From: a virus | Lineage: Duplodnaviria; Caudoviricetes | Direction: 5' to 3' (one strand) | Length of the DNA: 36,920 nt | Virus record (IMG/VR): IMGVR_UViG_3300010362_000530 | Span: 1-36,920 of that record | Part shown: positions 17,507 through 26,692 of the stretch, in pieces | Layout of the letters: the number at the start of each line of letters is the position of its first letter | Numbering within the stretch: position 1 is the stretch's first letter | Position numbers and translations under genes: made by a program | Notes under the pieces: model-generated | Databases searched by the model: none | Told to the model about the DNA's origin: nothing | The model's input: the letters and a program-made list of their open reading frames with translations, nothing else

Positions 17507-20500
17507 ATGGCCTGGATCTACGATCTTGCATCACCGACTATCGGCGGCGGCGGCCAGATGCAGACACCCTGGCTGAGTGACATTGACGCGGCGGGCCACG
17601 ATCTCAATAATGCGGGCGCGATACGGGCCCACAATGGCGTCTATGTTTATACACCGACCTCGCCTGTCGATTTGACTGGAATGCTGCCCGGCGGATTGAG
17701 TTATCAGACCGACTTCAAAGACCGCTGGTATGTGCTGAAGAACGGCGCAGAGACAGGGCTGAACGCTGGGTCGGATCTCAATTGGTTTCGCTATGACGAC
17801 GCCGGCCACTACCTGGGCAACCCGTTCACGATGCAGCGCAGCACGGGCTACATCGGGATCAACATGCCGTCGCCCTCCGCGCCTCTGCACGTCAAAGGGC
17901 CGGCTGGCTCTGCGGCGATCTTCTGCGACACCGGATTCATTTCCTCTGATGGCGGCTACCTCTCGTCTTCCCCTTCCGACAATGCGTTCAATGCGCAGAA
18001 CGGCGGCATGCATGCGGCCAAGGGCTACACGAGTGATCAGGGCGTCTACCTGAAGGCCACTGCGGCCAGCGCATCGCTGAACGCACCTGCGGCGACTTAC
18101 GGCGGCCTCGCCTATCAGGGCGGCTCGACGTTCTGGTATTACAACTCTTCCTCTCTGGCCTGGAACACTGTGGACTTCTCCGCAATTGGCGGCGGACCCG
18201 GCGGCGTCGATCAATCGGTGCAGCACAAATCAGGATCGACATTCCGGGGCGATGGGTTCATCAAGTGGGATTGGCCGAATCAGTGCCTCATCATTCAGGC
18301 CCATACGTCAGTTCCTCCGGCGCTCCCGGAATCCAGTCCCGGCATTCACGTTGTTGGCGGCTATGTTGACGCCGACTTGGGATTCAACTCACTAGGCACA
18401 ACTTACAATGTCTTCCAGGCGATTACCGGCGGCGCTATCGTTGCGGGCATCGGCATCACGTCATCTCCCACAAAGGGCGGGTATATTTCTTTCCCGCCGC
18501 TGAACGGCGGCCTGACCTTCCCTGGCGCCCTCACGCTTCCTACGCCGTTTCCAGATGATCGTGTTCTCCTCTGGAATTCCCCGACCAACGGTACGACGGT
18601 CCCCAACACGTCTTACACTCTATGCTGCAACGCTGGCATCCGATCCGCCGGGAGCTTCATTAGCTCCCAGAACACACCAGGGGCGTTCACTGCTGCCACT
18701 GGCGGCGCGGCTCTGAATCTCGCGGTATATCTCGGCGCTCATGACGCCGGCCCACCGACCGTTCCCCCGACTACCTACGGAGGCATCGCCTGGAAGTCCG
18801 CCTCAACGTATTGGTACTGGAACGGCGCAGGATGGGCCATGCTCGACTTCTTGGCTGCTGCCAGCGCTGCTCCTGGCGGCTTTGACCAGAGCCTTCAGTA
18901 TCGCAAGGAGCCGCCAACGAGCGGACAATTTCAAGGCGATGGAAACCTGAAGTGGGATTACACGGCCAAGATCCTAAACGTCATCGGTACGGCTGGGCAG
19001 CAAGGCCTCTACGTCCAAAACGCCTATGCCGTGGCGGATGGGGGATTCCAGACTAGCTCCACTTCCGCCAATGCAATCCAGGCTCCCAGCGGCGGGCTGA
19101 CGGCTAAGTCAGCATTGCTTACATTTTTGCAAGTGAACACCACCGTCGTAAGTAACGCCTCTCAGGTTCGCATCACTAATCAGAACCAGGGCGATATCTC
19201 GTTCACGGCCTACAATGCGGGTAATCAATACGTCTATTTCGGCAGCTATGTCGATACTGCCGGGAACAATACCTGCACTGGCACTCAGTGGTTTGGAGTT
19301 TCCATCGCCGGGAATTTTGTGTACATGCAGGGATGGCCGAATACCACCCCCGGTGCGCTCGTGCCCAATTCCAAGCACATGCTCTCGCTGGACCTGCTCA
19401 ATGGCCGCGTCGGCGTGAGGCAATCGGCTCCGGCCTATGTGCTGGATGTGACCGGCGACTGTAACCTCTCCTCAGGCAGTGTTTACCGAATCAATGGCGT
19501 CCCGATTGGTGGTGGTCCCGACGGCGTCGATCAGTCGGTGCAGCACAAGAACGGTACGGCGTTCCGCGGCGATTCGTTTTTGAAGTGGGACTGGCCGAAC
19601 CAGACGCTTCGTATCGCCGCTAAGACGGGCGGCGCCTCCAGCCCGGGCATCACAGTGACCGGCGGATATATCGACGCCGACCTGGGATTCAACACTCTCG
19701 GAACAAACTATCGAAGTGTCTCGGCATCAGCCGGGGGCGCTTTTCTGGGAGGCGTGGGAATCCAGTCCCCGAACACAACGCAGGGCGGGTACATAGACTT
19801 CGCGCCGCTGGCCGGAGCGCGAAGTTTCCCCGGCGCACTGGACTCGGCGTCATTCGCGTCAGGCGTTCACGTATTGCTCTGGGCATCGGTCAACAATGGC
19901 ACAGTCAGCCCGGTGCTTGGCGCCGACGCCGTGCTCAACTGCAACGCCGGCATCAATACTCCCCGCTGGTTTATTTCCACGAGCACAGACCAGGGAGCGC
20001 TGTCTGCGTTGAACGGCGGCGCGACAGTGGGGCTGGCGATCTACCTGGGCGCCCACGATCCCGGTGCGCCTCCTGCTCCTGCCGGAACTTTCGGCGGCAT
20101 CGCGTGGAAGTCAGGCTCCAGTTATTGGTATTGGAATGGCGGGGCGTGGGGTTCTATCAACCTTGCGAGCACCGGAGCGGTTCCAGGCGGAAATAACACC
20201 GACGTCCAATTCAACAACAGCGGCACGTTCGGAGGGACCGACAATTTCGCCTGGAACAACTCGACCCGTTTGCTGACCATCAATGCGATCAACGGAACGG
20301 CGGGCGTCACGGTTGCCGGCGGCGGGTACTTGCAGGCCGATGGCGGACTCTATGTCGCGGTCAGCACGGCTTACAACTCCATCCAGACTCCCGGCGGCAT
20401 TCTCTCGCTGCAGCGCCTCGCGGTGTACCCGAACTTCACGCCGAATTTGGCTGACATATCGGGCGCCCTGGTTCAAGCCGTTGGGCAGAACAACAATCTC

Positions 20501-21388
20501 ATCATGGTGGTGGACGCCTACGACACGGGCAGTACGCCGGGAACCGTGGCCGGCTTTGTCGGGCGTCGTGCGATCGGGACACCGGGCGGCGCACTCTCCA
20601 ATCTAGGTAACGGCACCATCCTGCTCACCATCGGCGGGCGCGGCTCCACCACGGCTGGTTTCACTGGCGCATCGAATGCGGCTATTACATTTCAGACGAG
20701 CGAAGGCTGGGGACTCACTGCCAATGGCGCGGAGATGAATTTCGGCGTAACTGCCAACGGCCAAACAGGGCGAGTCGCCCGCATGTGGCTGCGCAATACC
20801 GGAATGCTGGAGGTCGCAGGAACGACCAACCTCGCTGGCATTCAATTGAATGCCGGCTTCATGCGAGCTGACGACCAGGGGTTCGCCACTACGTCGTTCT
20901 CACTCGGCGCATTCACGGCATCGAACGGCGGCGCGATGCTTGGACAGGCCTGCTACCTCGCAAGCCGCGGCGCCCCGACTAACCCGTTGGGTGGTTTCGG
21001 CGGCATCGGCTACGCCAGCGGCGCGAGCTATTGGATTTGGGGCGGAAGCGGTTGGTTGACATTCGATTTCGGTAATCCATCAGTAGGCGTCCTGACCGCA
21101 TCGGGAACCATCCAAAGCAGCAGCAGCGGAATTACGTTTCAGAATTCCGGCGGCTTAAACTTTCAGGTCAATCAAGCCGGGACGGTGTCCTGTATGCAGT
21201 TGAATATCTCCGGCGTGAAGTGCGTCGGCAGCGACCTGATTTGGGTGCAAACGGTCCAAACCCCCGGCCACGTTTATGGCGGCGATTTCGGCATCCTGAA
21301 TTCGTTCATCGGCGGCACTGCGGATATCACCATCTCTGGAGTGGGAACGCTTCATTTTGTGGGTGGGCTTTTCAAAAACATGACTTAG
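17507..21388 (+). CDS. Tail fibre/receptor-binding protein with internal repeats, 1293 aa
   Basis: ATG at 17507 after AGGAG. Gly/Ser/Thr/Asn-rich, with GYIGIN..PSAPLHV and GRVGV...P.Y.LDV.G fibre motifs and repeated PGG.D..VQ modules. Confidence 0.85.
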   Translation: MAWIYDLASPTIGGGGQMQTPWLSDIDAAGHDLNNAGAIRAHNGVYVYTPTSPVDLTGMLPGGLSYQTDFKDRWYVLKNGAETGLNAGSDLNWFRYDDAGHYLGNPFTMQRSTGYIGINMPSPSAPLHVKGPAGSAAIFCDTGFISSDGGYLSSSPSDNAFNAQNGGMHAAKGYTSDQGVYLKATAASASLNAPAATYGGLAYQGGSTFWYYNSSSLAWNTVDFSAIGGGPGGVDQSVQHKSGSTFRGDGFIKWDWPNQCLIIQAHTSVPPALPESSPGIHVVGGYVDADLGFNSLGTTYNVFQAITGGAIVAGIGITSSPTKGGYISFPPLNGGLTFPGALTLPTPFPDDRVLLWNSPTNGTTVPNTSYTLCCNAGIRSAGSFISSQNTPGAFTAATGGAALNLAVYLGAHDAGPPTVPPTTYGGIAWKSASTYWYWNGAGWAMLDFLAAASAAPGGFDQSLQYRKEPPTSGQFQGDGNLKWDYTAKILNVIGTAGQQGLYVQNAYAVADGGFQTSSTSANAIQAPSGGLTAKSALLTFLQVNTTVVSNASQVRITNQNQGDISFTAYNAGNQYVYFGSYVDTAGNNTCTGTQWFGVSIAGNFVYMQGWPNTTPGALVPNSKHMLSLDLLNGRVGVRQSAPAYVLDVTGDCNLSSGSVYRINGVPIGGGPDGVDQSVQHKNGTAFRGDSFLKWDWPNQTLRIAAKTGGASSPGITVTGGYIDADLGFNTLGTNYRSVSASAGGAFLGGVGIQSPNTTQGGYIDFAPLAGARSFPGALDSASFASGVHVLLWASVNNGTVSPVLGADAVLNCNAGINTPRWFISTSTDQGALSALNGGATVGLAIYLGAHDPGAPPAPAGTFGGIAWKSGSSYWYWNGGAWGSINLASTGAVPGGNNTDVQFNNSGTFGGTDNFAWNNSTRLLTINAINGTAGVTVAGGGYLQADGGLYVAVSTAYNSIQTPGGILSLQRLAVYPNFTPNLADISGALVQAVGQNNNLIMVVDAYDTGSTPGTVAGFVGRRAIGTPGGALSNLGNGTILLTIGGRGSTTAGFTGASNAAITFQTSEGWGLTANGAEMNFGVTANGQTGRVARMWLRNTGMLEVAGTTNLAGIQLNAGFMRADDQGFATTSFSLGAFTASNGGAMLGQACYLASRGAPTNPLGGFGGIGYASGASYWIWGGSGWLTFDFGNPSVGVLTASGTIQSSSSGITFQNSGGLNFQVNQAGTVSCMQLNISGVKCVGSDLIWVQTVQTPGHVYGGDFGILNSFIGGTADITISGVGTLHFVGGLFKNMT
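18185..20250 (+). repeat. Diverged ~1.32-kb tandem duplication inside the tail fibre gene
   Basis: IGGGP.GVDQSVQHK.G..FRGD.F.KWDWPNQ starts at 18185 and at 19505 (offset 1320 nt). The downstream segments remain alignable by eye. Confidence 0.85.
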
Positions 21389-21395
21389 GAGGTAT

Positions 21396-21740
21396 ATGAG
21401 CAGAACGATCAAACTGACGGCCCTTCAGCGGCTGGGCCTCGAAAATTTAATGGCTGACCAGCGTGGCAAACGCGAGGAGAACCGGACGCTCTACTCGATC
21501 CGGCAGAAGGTGCGCCTCTCGACAGAAGAGCGCCAGCAGTTTTTCAAGCCGCTGCCGAATGGGCAGCAAATCATTGACGACGTCGCCCTCGCCAAATCCA
21601 ACGGCTTCGAGCTGACCCTGAGCGATGACGAAGTACGCCGGTTGATCAAATTGGGCGACACCATCGAGATGCCGGTCGGCATCATGGATTGGTTTGAGCC
21701 ATTATTGGTGGAGCTTGAGAGGCCGCAAGCCACTGCCTGA
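21396..21740 (+). CDS. Hypothetical protein (possible tail fibre chaperone)
   Basis: AGGAGGT RBS, helical 114 aa, last gene of the tail block. Confidence 0.7.
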   Translation: MSRTIKLTALQRLGLENLMADQRGKREENRTLYSIRQKVRLSTEERQQFFKPLPNGQQIIDDVALAKSNGFELTLSDDEVRRLIKLGDTIEMPVGIMDWFEPLLVELERPQATA

Positions 21741-22127
21741 CCTATGTCTGTAACGCTTGTAAATTTATGAAGCCGCCGAACGCAACACTACAGTGAGTGA
21801 GATCGCGCAGAAATAGACCGTTACTGTCTAGGTCCTGCGCTTTTCCACAGGCGTCTACGTAAGCCGTTCTACGTAGTGCGTTTGACGGATCCGGGGGCTG
21901 CGAATGTCCTGTGACAATCGCGTGACTGGCATACGGGATTCCCCCAATAGTGACGGGGCTGTCTTTTGTGAAATGAGACACTGCGGAAACTCTGTGGAGA
22001 CTCCATTACTTCCGTGCGCGACAAGCCAAATAATCGATGCCCGCTGACCAGGACTGTGACAGAATTCTGTCTATGTTTTGCGCTTCAGAGACCGCAGTTA
22101 CGTCTGCAAGGCGCGAGTCTGAGACTG

Positions 22128-22152
22128 GAGGCTGCTCGCGCAGCCTCTTTCT
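22128..22152 (+). terminator. Possible intrinsic terminator
   Basis: GAGGCTGC-tcgc-GCAGCCTC (8-bp stem) followed by TTTCT. Confidence 0.5.
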
Positions 22153-22328
22153 ACTTAGAGCACTCAGGCCTTTAGTTTTCAGGCCGTTCTGGCTCACGGG
22201 GGTTCTCATAGCTACGCATGCCATGCGCTATATTTGCGAAAAATTTGCGCAGCTTAGTTTCAGAATTTGCGAAGTATAAGTTCATAATTTTCACAGACTA
22301 AGTTACTGACCAACAAGAGACTTAGGGC

Positions 22329-22358
22329 TTGACAGATACGACAGGTGTGCCATATAGT
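22329..22358 (+). promoter_or_regulatory. Sigma70-type promoter for the early operon
   Basis: TTGACA (22329-22334), 18-nt spacer, TATAGT (22353-22358). Confidence 0.75.
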
Positions 22359-22494
22359 TCTGAGCAGTAGTTTTGATTGAGTTGCCGCGGTGAGTTAGTT
22401 CCGGCGTTGGGTCGCCGATAAGTCATCGCGAAACTTACCTCCCCCAACCCTGTCGCCCATGTTGCGCGGTCAGTGACCACGAGAGGAGAGCTGT

Positions 22495-22815
22495 GTGTCA
22501 AGACCAATGAAGCCGGTCAAAGCCGGAAGGATCGTCCGCAAAACTATCACGTTCACCCGGGCCGCCTACGAGCGGCTCATGGAGGAGCGGGACCGTCGCG
22601 ACAGTGAGGTCATTCATGCGTATCAGATCTCCGAGATTCTGGTCGAGTATGTGATCCGGGGAGGCAAGGCGCTGCCGATATCGCAATGGGAGGAGGGGCT
22701 GCTCAAGGGCGCCGGCGTCGAGCCGCCGCGGATCCCGCCGGCAGGCGCGAAACGCAACCGGAAACCGAACAGCAGAGAGGCCGGAGATGCCGATACCGGA
22801 GCCGCTAGCGCTTGA
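22495..22815 (+). CDS. Putative ribbon-helix-helix DNA-binding regulator
   Basis: GAGGAG RBS. RKTITFTRAAYERL...ISEILVEYV fits the beta-helix-helix pattern. First gene after the promoter. Confidence 0.6.
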   Translation: MSRPMKPVKAGRIVRKTITFTRAAYERLMEERDRRDSEVIHAYQISEILVEYVIRGGKALPISQWEEGLLKGAGVEPPRIPPAGAKRNRKPNSREAGDADTGAASA

Positions 22816-22942
22816 GCATGCTCACCATTGCGACCTGTGCAAAAGGCTGCCGGGCGTGCGGACGGTCGATATTTTCTACTGGGTCTGCGAGAACTGCTAT
22901 TGGAACTACCTGACGACTCTGGAGCTGGAGCGATACCGATGA
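22787..22942 (+). CDS. 51-aa CxxC...CxxC zinc-finger microprotein, absent from the ORF track
   Basis: MPIPEPLALEHAHHCDLCKRLPGVRTVDIFYWVCENCYWNYLTTLELERYR, with GAGG upstream and an ATGA overlap with the next gene. Confidence 0.65.
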   Translation: MPIPEPLALEHAHHCDLCKRLPGVRTVDIFYWVCENCYWNYLTTLELERYR

Positions 22943-23940
22943 CCGACAAAATCCTGGAGTGGCTCCGACGCCGGCAGAAGGGTCTGGGCGGCAGCGACAT
23001 TCCGGTGATCACTCACGATGATCCGCGCAAGACCGAATATGAACTGGCGCTCGAAAAGACGGCTGACCCGGCGCTGCTTGAAGAGCCGCCGCGGGATCCG
23101 GCCACGATCACAGACCTAGACGTCGGCAATGCGATCCAGTCAGGTTTAGTCCAGCTCACGGCGCGGCGCTTTGGGCTGACCGGCGTTCAGGAAAACGTCA
23201 TGGTGGAGCATCCCGACAATCGCATCCTGCGGGGCAGTCTCGATGCGGCCTTCGATGGCGGGCTGATCGAAGTCAAGACGCTGGGCGAATGGAGCCCCGA
23301 CCGCTATGGCGAGGGCGCGGAAGGGATCCCCGCCCGGCATCAGCTTCAGACGTGGTGGTATCAGATGATCCGCAAGGGCTTCGCGATCATCGCTATCTTT
23401 GACCGCGGGCGCCTCTCCTGGAGAATTGTCGAGCAAGACCCCGTGATGGGCGACTGTCTCGCCGAGATAGGGCTCGATTGGTGGGATCGGGTTGTGGTGC
23501 GCGGCGTCATGCCGCCCATGACCTTCAGTCCCAAGGTGCAGCGCATGCTCCAGCGTCAGTATCCGACGCACAAACGGCCCGACATCAGGCCGGCGGAAAA
23601 GGACGAGCTGGAGCTACTGACCGAGTATCTCTGGTTGCGCATCAATCTGGACGAGATGGAGGTGCGCCGCAGGAACGCCGAAGTCACGCTGCAGAAAACC
23701 ATCGCCGATCGCGAGGGAATCCGTTGGCCCGATGGTCAGGTGACCTGGAGACGGACCAAGGATTCACAGGTAATCGACTGGGAGAGCATGTCCCGCGGCC
23801 TGCTCAACGAGTTTGTCGAGGATCCCGTGAAGCGGCAGGAGCTGCTCGATTTCTACACCAGGACAAAAGAAGGCTCGCGCCGGTTTCTGCTTACTTCGAA
23901 ACTGCGCACCAAACAAACCAGGGAAGAGGAGGCCGCATAA
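22939..23940 (+). CDS. YqaJ-like viral recombinase-family (lambda Exo-like) exonuclease
   Basis: WLRRRQKGLGGSD, GSLDA, IEVKT and QLQTWWYQ motifs. Start reassigned to the ATG at 22939. Confidence 0.9.
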   Translation: MTDKILEWLRRRQKGLGGSDIPVITHDDPRKTEYELALEKTADPALLEEPPRDPATITDLDVGNAIQSGLVQLTARRFGLTGVQENVMVEHPDNRILRGSLDAAFDGGLIEVKTLGEWSPDRYGEGAEGIPARHQLQTWWYQMIRKGFAIIAIFDRGRLSWRIVEQDPVMGDCLAEIGLDWWDRVVVRGVMPPMTFSPKVQRMLQRQYPTHKRPDIRPAEKDELELLTEYLWLRINLDEMEVRRRNAEVTLQKTIADREGIRWPDGQVTWRRTKDSQVIDWESMSRGLLNEFVEDPVKRQELLDFYTRTKEGSRRFLLTSKLRTKQTREEEAA

Positions 23941-24237
23941 ATGTCTGACGAACCGCTCGATCTCGTCGCCGAGGCTAGCGATAAGCCCACGCGGGAGATC
24001 TCGCCAATCAACGCCCTGCGCGAGGAGCTGGAAGCCGTGCGCGGGCGTCTGCGTGCGCTGATCCGCCAAGTGGGCGAGCCGGCCATGTGCCAGGGCTGCG
24101 AGGCGAATATCTACTTCGTCCGCCATCTGAACGGGCGCAACGCACCATACGACGCCGATGGCGTCAACCATTTCGCGACTTGCCCGAAGGCCGAAAACTT
24201 CCGCCGAAAGCGAGGCCCCAACCATGCCCGACCCTAA
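23941..24237 (+). CDS. Hypothetical Zn-binding protein
   Basis: CQGC...I.F...G...P.D.DG..HFATCP motif, GAGGAGG RBS. Confidence 0.75.
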   Translation: MSDEPLDLVAEASDKPTREISPINALREELEAVRGRLRALIRQVGEPAMCQGCEANIYFVRHLNGRNAPYDADGVNHFATCPKAENFRRKRGPNHARP

Positions 24238-25222
24238 CGAGATAACCAGGACTGGCGGCAATGTTGCGATGCGTCAGGATGCGGTCGGCGACGAGATCGC
24301 CGTCCAGCATGACCTCGCGCCGGCGGCGGCTGCAGCAGCGGCCAGAGCCAGGGAGGAGGCGCGAATCGCCCAGGCAATGAAATGGCGGCGCGACCTGGAC
24401 GCCTCGCGCATCGCGATCATCAGGGATTGCCGGCGGCCCGGCTACGCCCAGGATGCGGAGTACCGCAAGCCTGTCGGCAAGAGAAAGAACCCGGACACCG
24501 GCAAGTGGGAGCAGGTCTACATCGAGGGTCCATCCATTCGAATGATTGAAGGGTGCCTCGCGCATATCGGGAATCTCGACATCCATGCCGACGTGATCTA
24601 CGACGACGAGAAGAAAAGCGTGCTCCGGGTCTCGGTGACCGATCTGCAGAACAACGTCACTTACTCGACCGACGCCGTTCTGCTGAAGGTTGTCGAACGG
24701 CGCGAGGTGCGGCAGGGGCGTAAGGTTCTCGGCATGCGCGAGAACAGCTATGGCGACCCGGTGTACTTGGTCGAAGCGACGCCCGATGAGTTCCGCAACG
24801 TGGTCGGTACGGAACGGTCGAAGCTCATTCGCGACAACGGAAAACGCCTGATCCCCTACGACATCCTCGAAGAGGCCCGCGCCGCGGTGAAAGCCACCAT
24901 GGCCGATGAGGCCGCCAAAGACCCCGACGCAGCCAAGAAGAAAGTCTTCGACCGATTCAACTCGATCGGCGTCTCGGTCGCCATGCTCAAGGAATATCTG
25001 GATCGGCCCGTCGAGACTCTCACCGTCGCGGACCTGCAGGAACTCGCGGTCGTATTCAACGGCCTGAAAGACGGCGAATTCACTTGGCCGGAGCTGATGC
25101 GGACCAAGGAGGAGCCCGCCGAGGGCGAAGAGGCCAAGCCCGAGCCGAGGCCGAAGCTTCGCGACCGCATTCTGGCGCAGAAGCCGCCGGCAGCGGAGAC
25201 AAAGCCGGAGGCCAAATCGTAA
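24224..25222 (+). CDS. Putative ssDNA-annealing protein (partner of the YqaJ exonuclease)
   Basis: 332 aa from the ATG at 24224 with an IEGPSIR..E.....GN motif, near the exonuclease. Function inferred from context. Confidence 0.55.
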   Translation: MPDPNEITRTGGNVAMRQDAVGDEIAVQHDLAPAAAAAAARAREEARIAQAMKWRRDLDASRIAIIRDCRRPGYAQDAEYRKPVGKRKNPDTGKWEQVYIEGPSIRMIEGCLAHIGNLDIHADVIYDDEKKSVLRVSVTDLQNNVTYSTDAVLLKVVERREVRQGRKVLGMRENSYGDPVYLVEATPDEFRNVVGTERSKLIRDNGKRLIPYDILEEARAAVKATMADEAAKDPDAAKKKVFDRFNSIGVSVAMLKEYLDRPVETLTVADLQELAVVFNGLKDGEFTWPELMRTKEEPAEGEEAKPEPRPKLRDRILAQKPPAAETKPEAKS

Positions 25223-25638
25223 TGTGTCCGTCGTGCGCCTTCCGTAAGACTTGCGAGACCTGGGGCGAGCCGCGCAACCGTCTGGTGAGTCAGATCTGCG
25301 CCGCCGGCCCCATCCCCTTCTACTGTCACCAGGGCGTCCCTTGGGGGAATCCGCTGGCGCACGCCCTGCCGCCGCGATCGCTGGCCCAGCTCGCCGGCGG
25401 GAAGCTGCGCCTCTGTGAGGGCTGGAAACAGGCCGTGGCGAGCCGCCAATGGCCCGCCGATGGCGCCCTCCGGCGCTACCAGCGCTGGCTCGCGATTGCG
25501 GCGCTGAAGGCCGCCGACAGGTTCCATGATGGCGCGGCGACCGTGCGCGAATTGCAGCGGGAGCTGAGTCCGCTCGCGCAGTTCTACCGCGGCCCGCGGG
25601 CGTGGCAAATCGCCCGCATGGTGGAGAAACGCCAGTGA
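25222..25638 (+). CDS. Cys-rich hypothetical protein (DUF6283-like pattern)
   Basis: TAATG coupling. CPSCAFR...FYCH...LCEGW. Confidence 0.6.
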   Translation: MCPSCAFRKTCETWGEPRNRLVSQICAAGPIPFYCHQGVPWGNPLAHALPPRSLAQLAGGKLRLCEGWKQAVASRQWPADGALRRYQRWLAIAALKAADRFHDGAATVRELQRELSPLAQFYRGPRAWQIARMVEKRQ

Positions 25639-26192
25639 CCCCCCAGAAGAAAAAGAATCACATGGTCACGCTCGAACGGCACGAGGTGATCGTATCCGCC
25701 ATTGTCGGCGCACTGCGCGAGGTGGAAGCGCTCGATAAGGAATCCGAGAGTGACTATCACAAGGGCAGGGACTCGGCGGGGAACAATATTCAGGCCGCCG
25801 GCGCGGAGGCCGCGGTCGGCAAGCTGACAGACCATTACTGGCTGATGGGCGTGAATACCTATCGGGCGCTGCCCGACGTCGGGCAGCGGACGGAGGTGAG
25901 GTACACCGATCGGGCGGACGGCAATCTGATTCTCCGCAAGAGAGATGACCCCGAGAAATACTATGTGCTCGCCCGCGGCATGCTGCCGACCTTCGAGATC
26001 GTCGGATGGATCAAGGGCAGCGACGGAATGCAGGACTGCTATTGGATTGCGATGCCGGCCAATGGCCGCGCTCCGCATTGGCTTGTGCCGGCGGAAGACC
26101 TGAAACCGCTCGAAGACCGCATGGTGCGCCGAGTCGAGCAGGAAGGAGGGGGGAATGTCTCCAGGCAACCACATGGAGCTGGTTCCGCGTAA
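25635..26192 (+). CDS. Hypothetical protein, possible PD-(D/E)xK-like nuclease
   Basis: GTGA overlap. GAEAAV...PDVG...EVR...YVL...GWI pattern. Confidence 0.55.
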   Translation: MTPQKKKNHMVTLERHEVIVSAIVGALREVEALDKESESDYHKGRDSAGNNIQAAGAEAAVGKLTDHYWLMGVNTYRALPDVGQRTEVRYTDRADGNLILRKRDDPEKYYVLARGMLPTFEIVGWIKGSDGMQDCYWIAMPANGRAPHWLVPAEDLKPLEDRMVRRVEQEGGGNVSRQPHGAGSA

Positions 26193-26541
26193 GTACACCG
26201 AGGCCGAACTCAAAGATTTTCAGCAGCGGCAGAATCTCGTCCTGGGCGAGGTTTACGACCTGCACTCGCAGAAGAAAGCGGCGACCGCGGCCCTCAATGG
26301 CAACATTCAAGCCAAGGAGAAGGAGCTGCGCGACCTGCACCTGAAGCTCGCGCAGGGCTTCGAAATGGTCGAGGTCGAAGCCGGCACGTTAATGAATACG
26401 CCGTCCCCGGGCATGAAGCGCATCATTTGTCTGGCCGACTCGACCACGATTCGCGATGAGCAGATGACGCCGGCGGAACGGCAGCGCAATCTCTTCGACA
26501 GTTTGCTCGATGACCCGGACGATCGGAGCCATGAGGCCTGA
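26155..26541 (+). CDS. Hypothetical coiled-coil protein
   Basis: GGAGG RBS, heptad-like N-terminal half, C-terminal ERQRNLF. Confidence 0.7.
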   Translation: MSPGNHMELVPRKYTEAELKDFQQRQNLVLGEVYDLHSQKKAATAALNGNIQAKEKELRDLHLKLAQGFEMVEVEAGTLMNTPSPGMKRIICLADSTTIRDEQMTPAERQRNLFDSLLDDPDDRSHEA

Positions 26542-26692
26542 ATGGATCTACGGCATTGCGATCAGCGGAGCGACGACGCCGCTGATCTGGTTGTGGCTGC
26601 TGCGCTGGCGTGATCGCCGCGCCCGCCGGCGGCGCGAACAAGAGATACGGGAATTGATCGGAGCGACCAACCCATGGTGGGGGAAGAAGTAG
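26531..26692 (+). CDS. Small single-TM protein with basic tail
   Basis: GGAG RBS. MRPEWIYGIAISGATTPLIWLWLLRWRDRRARRRR... Confidence 0.55.
   Translation: MRPEWIYGIAISGATTPLIWLWLLRWRDRRARRRREQEIRELIGATNPWWGKK

Noticed and set aside
18185-20250. Tail fibre repeats as a diversity-generating retroelement TR/VR pair
   Set aside because: Both copies are in-frame coding, differences are not adenine-specific (e.g. GGC/GGT), and no reverse transcriptase is present in the window.
21841-21849. DnaA box TTTTCCACA
   Set aside because: A single consensus match is expected by chance, and a better origin candidate lies within the initiator gene.
21741-22494. CRISPR mini-array or tRNA in the large intergenic region
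   Set aside because: No regularly spaced 25-40 bp direct repeats, and no cloverleaf or T-loop consensus seen.
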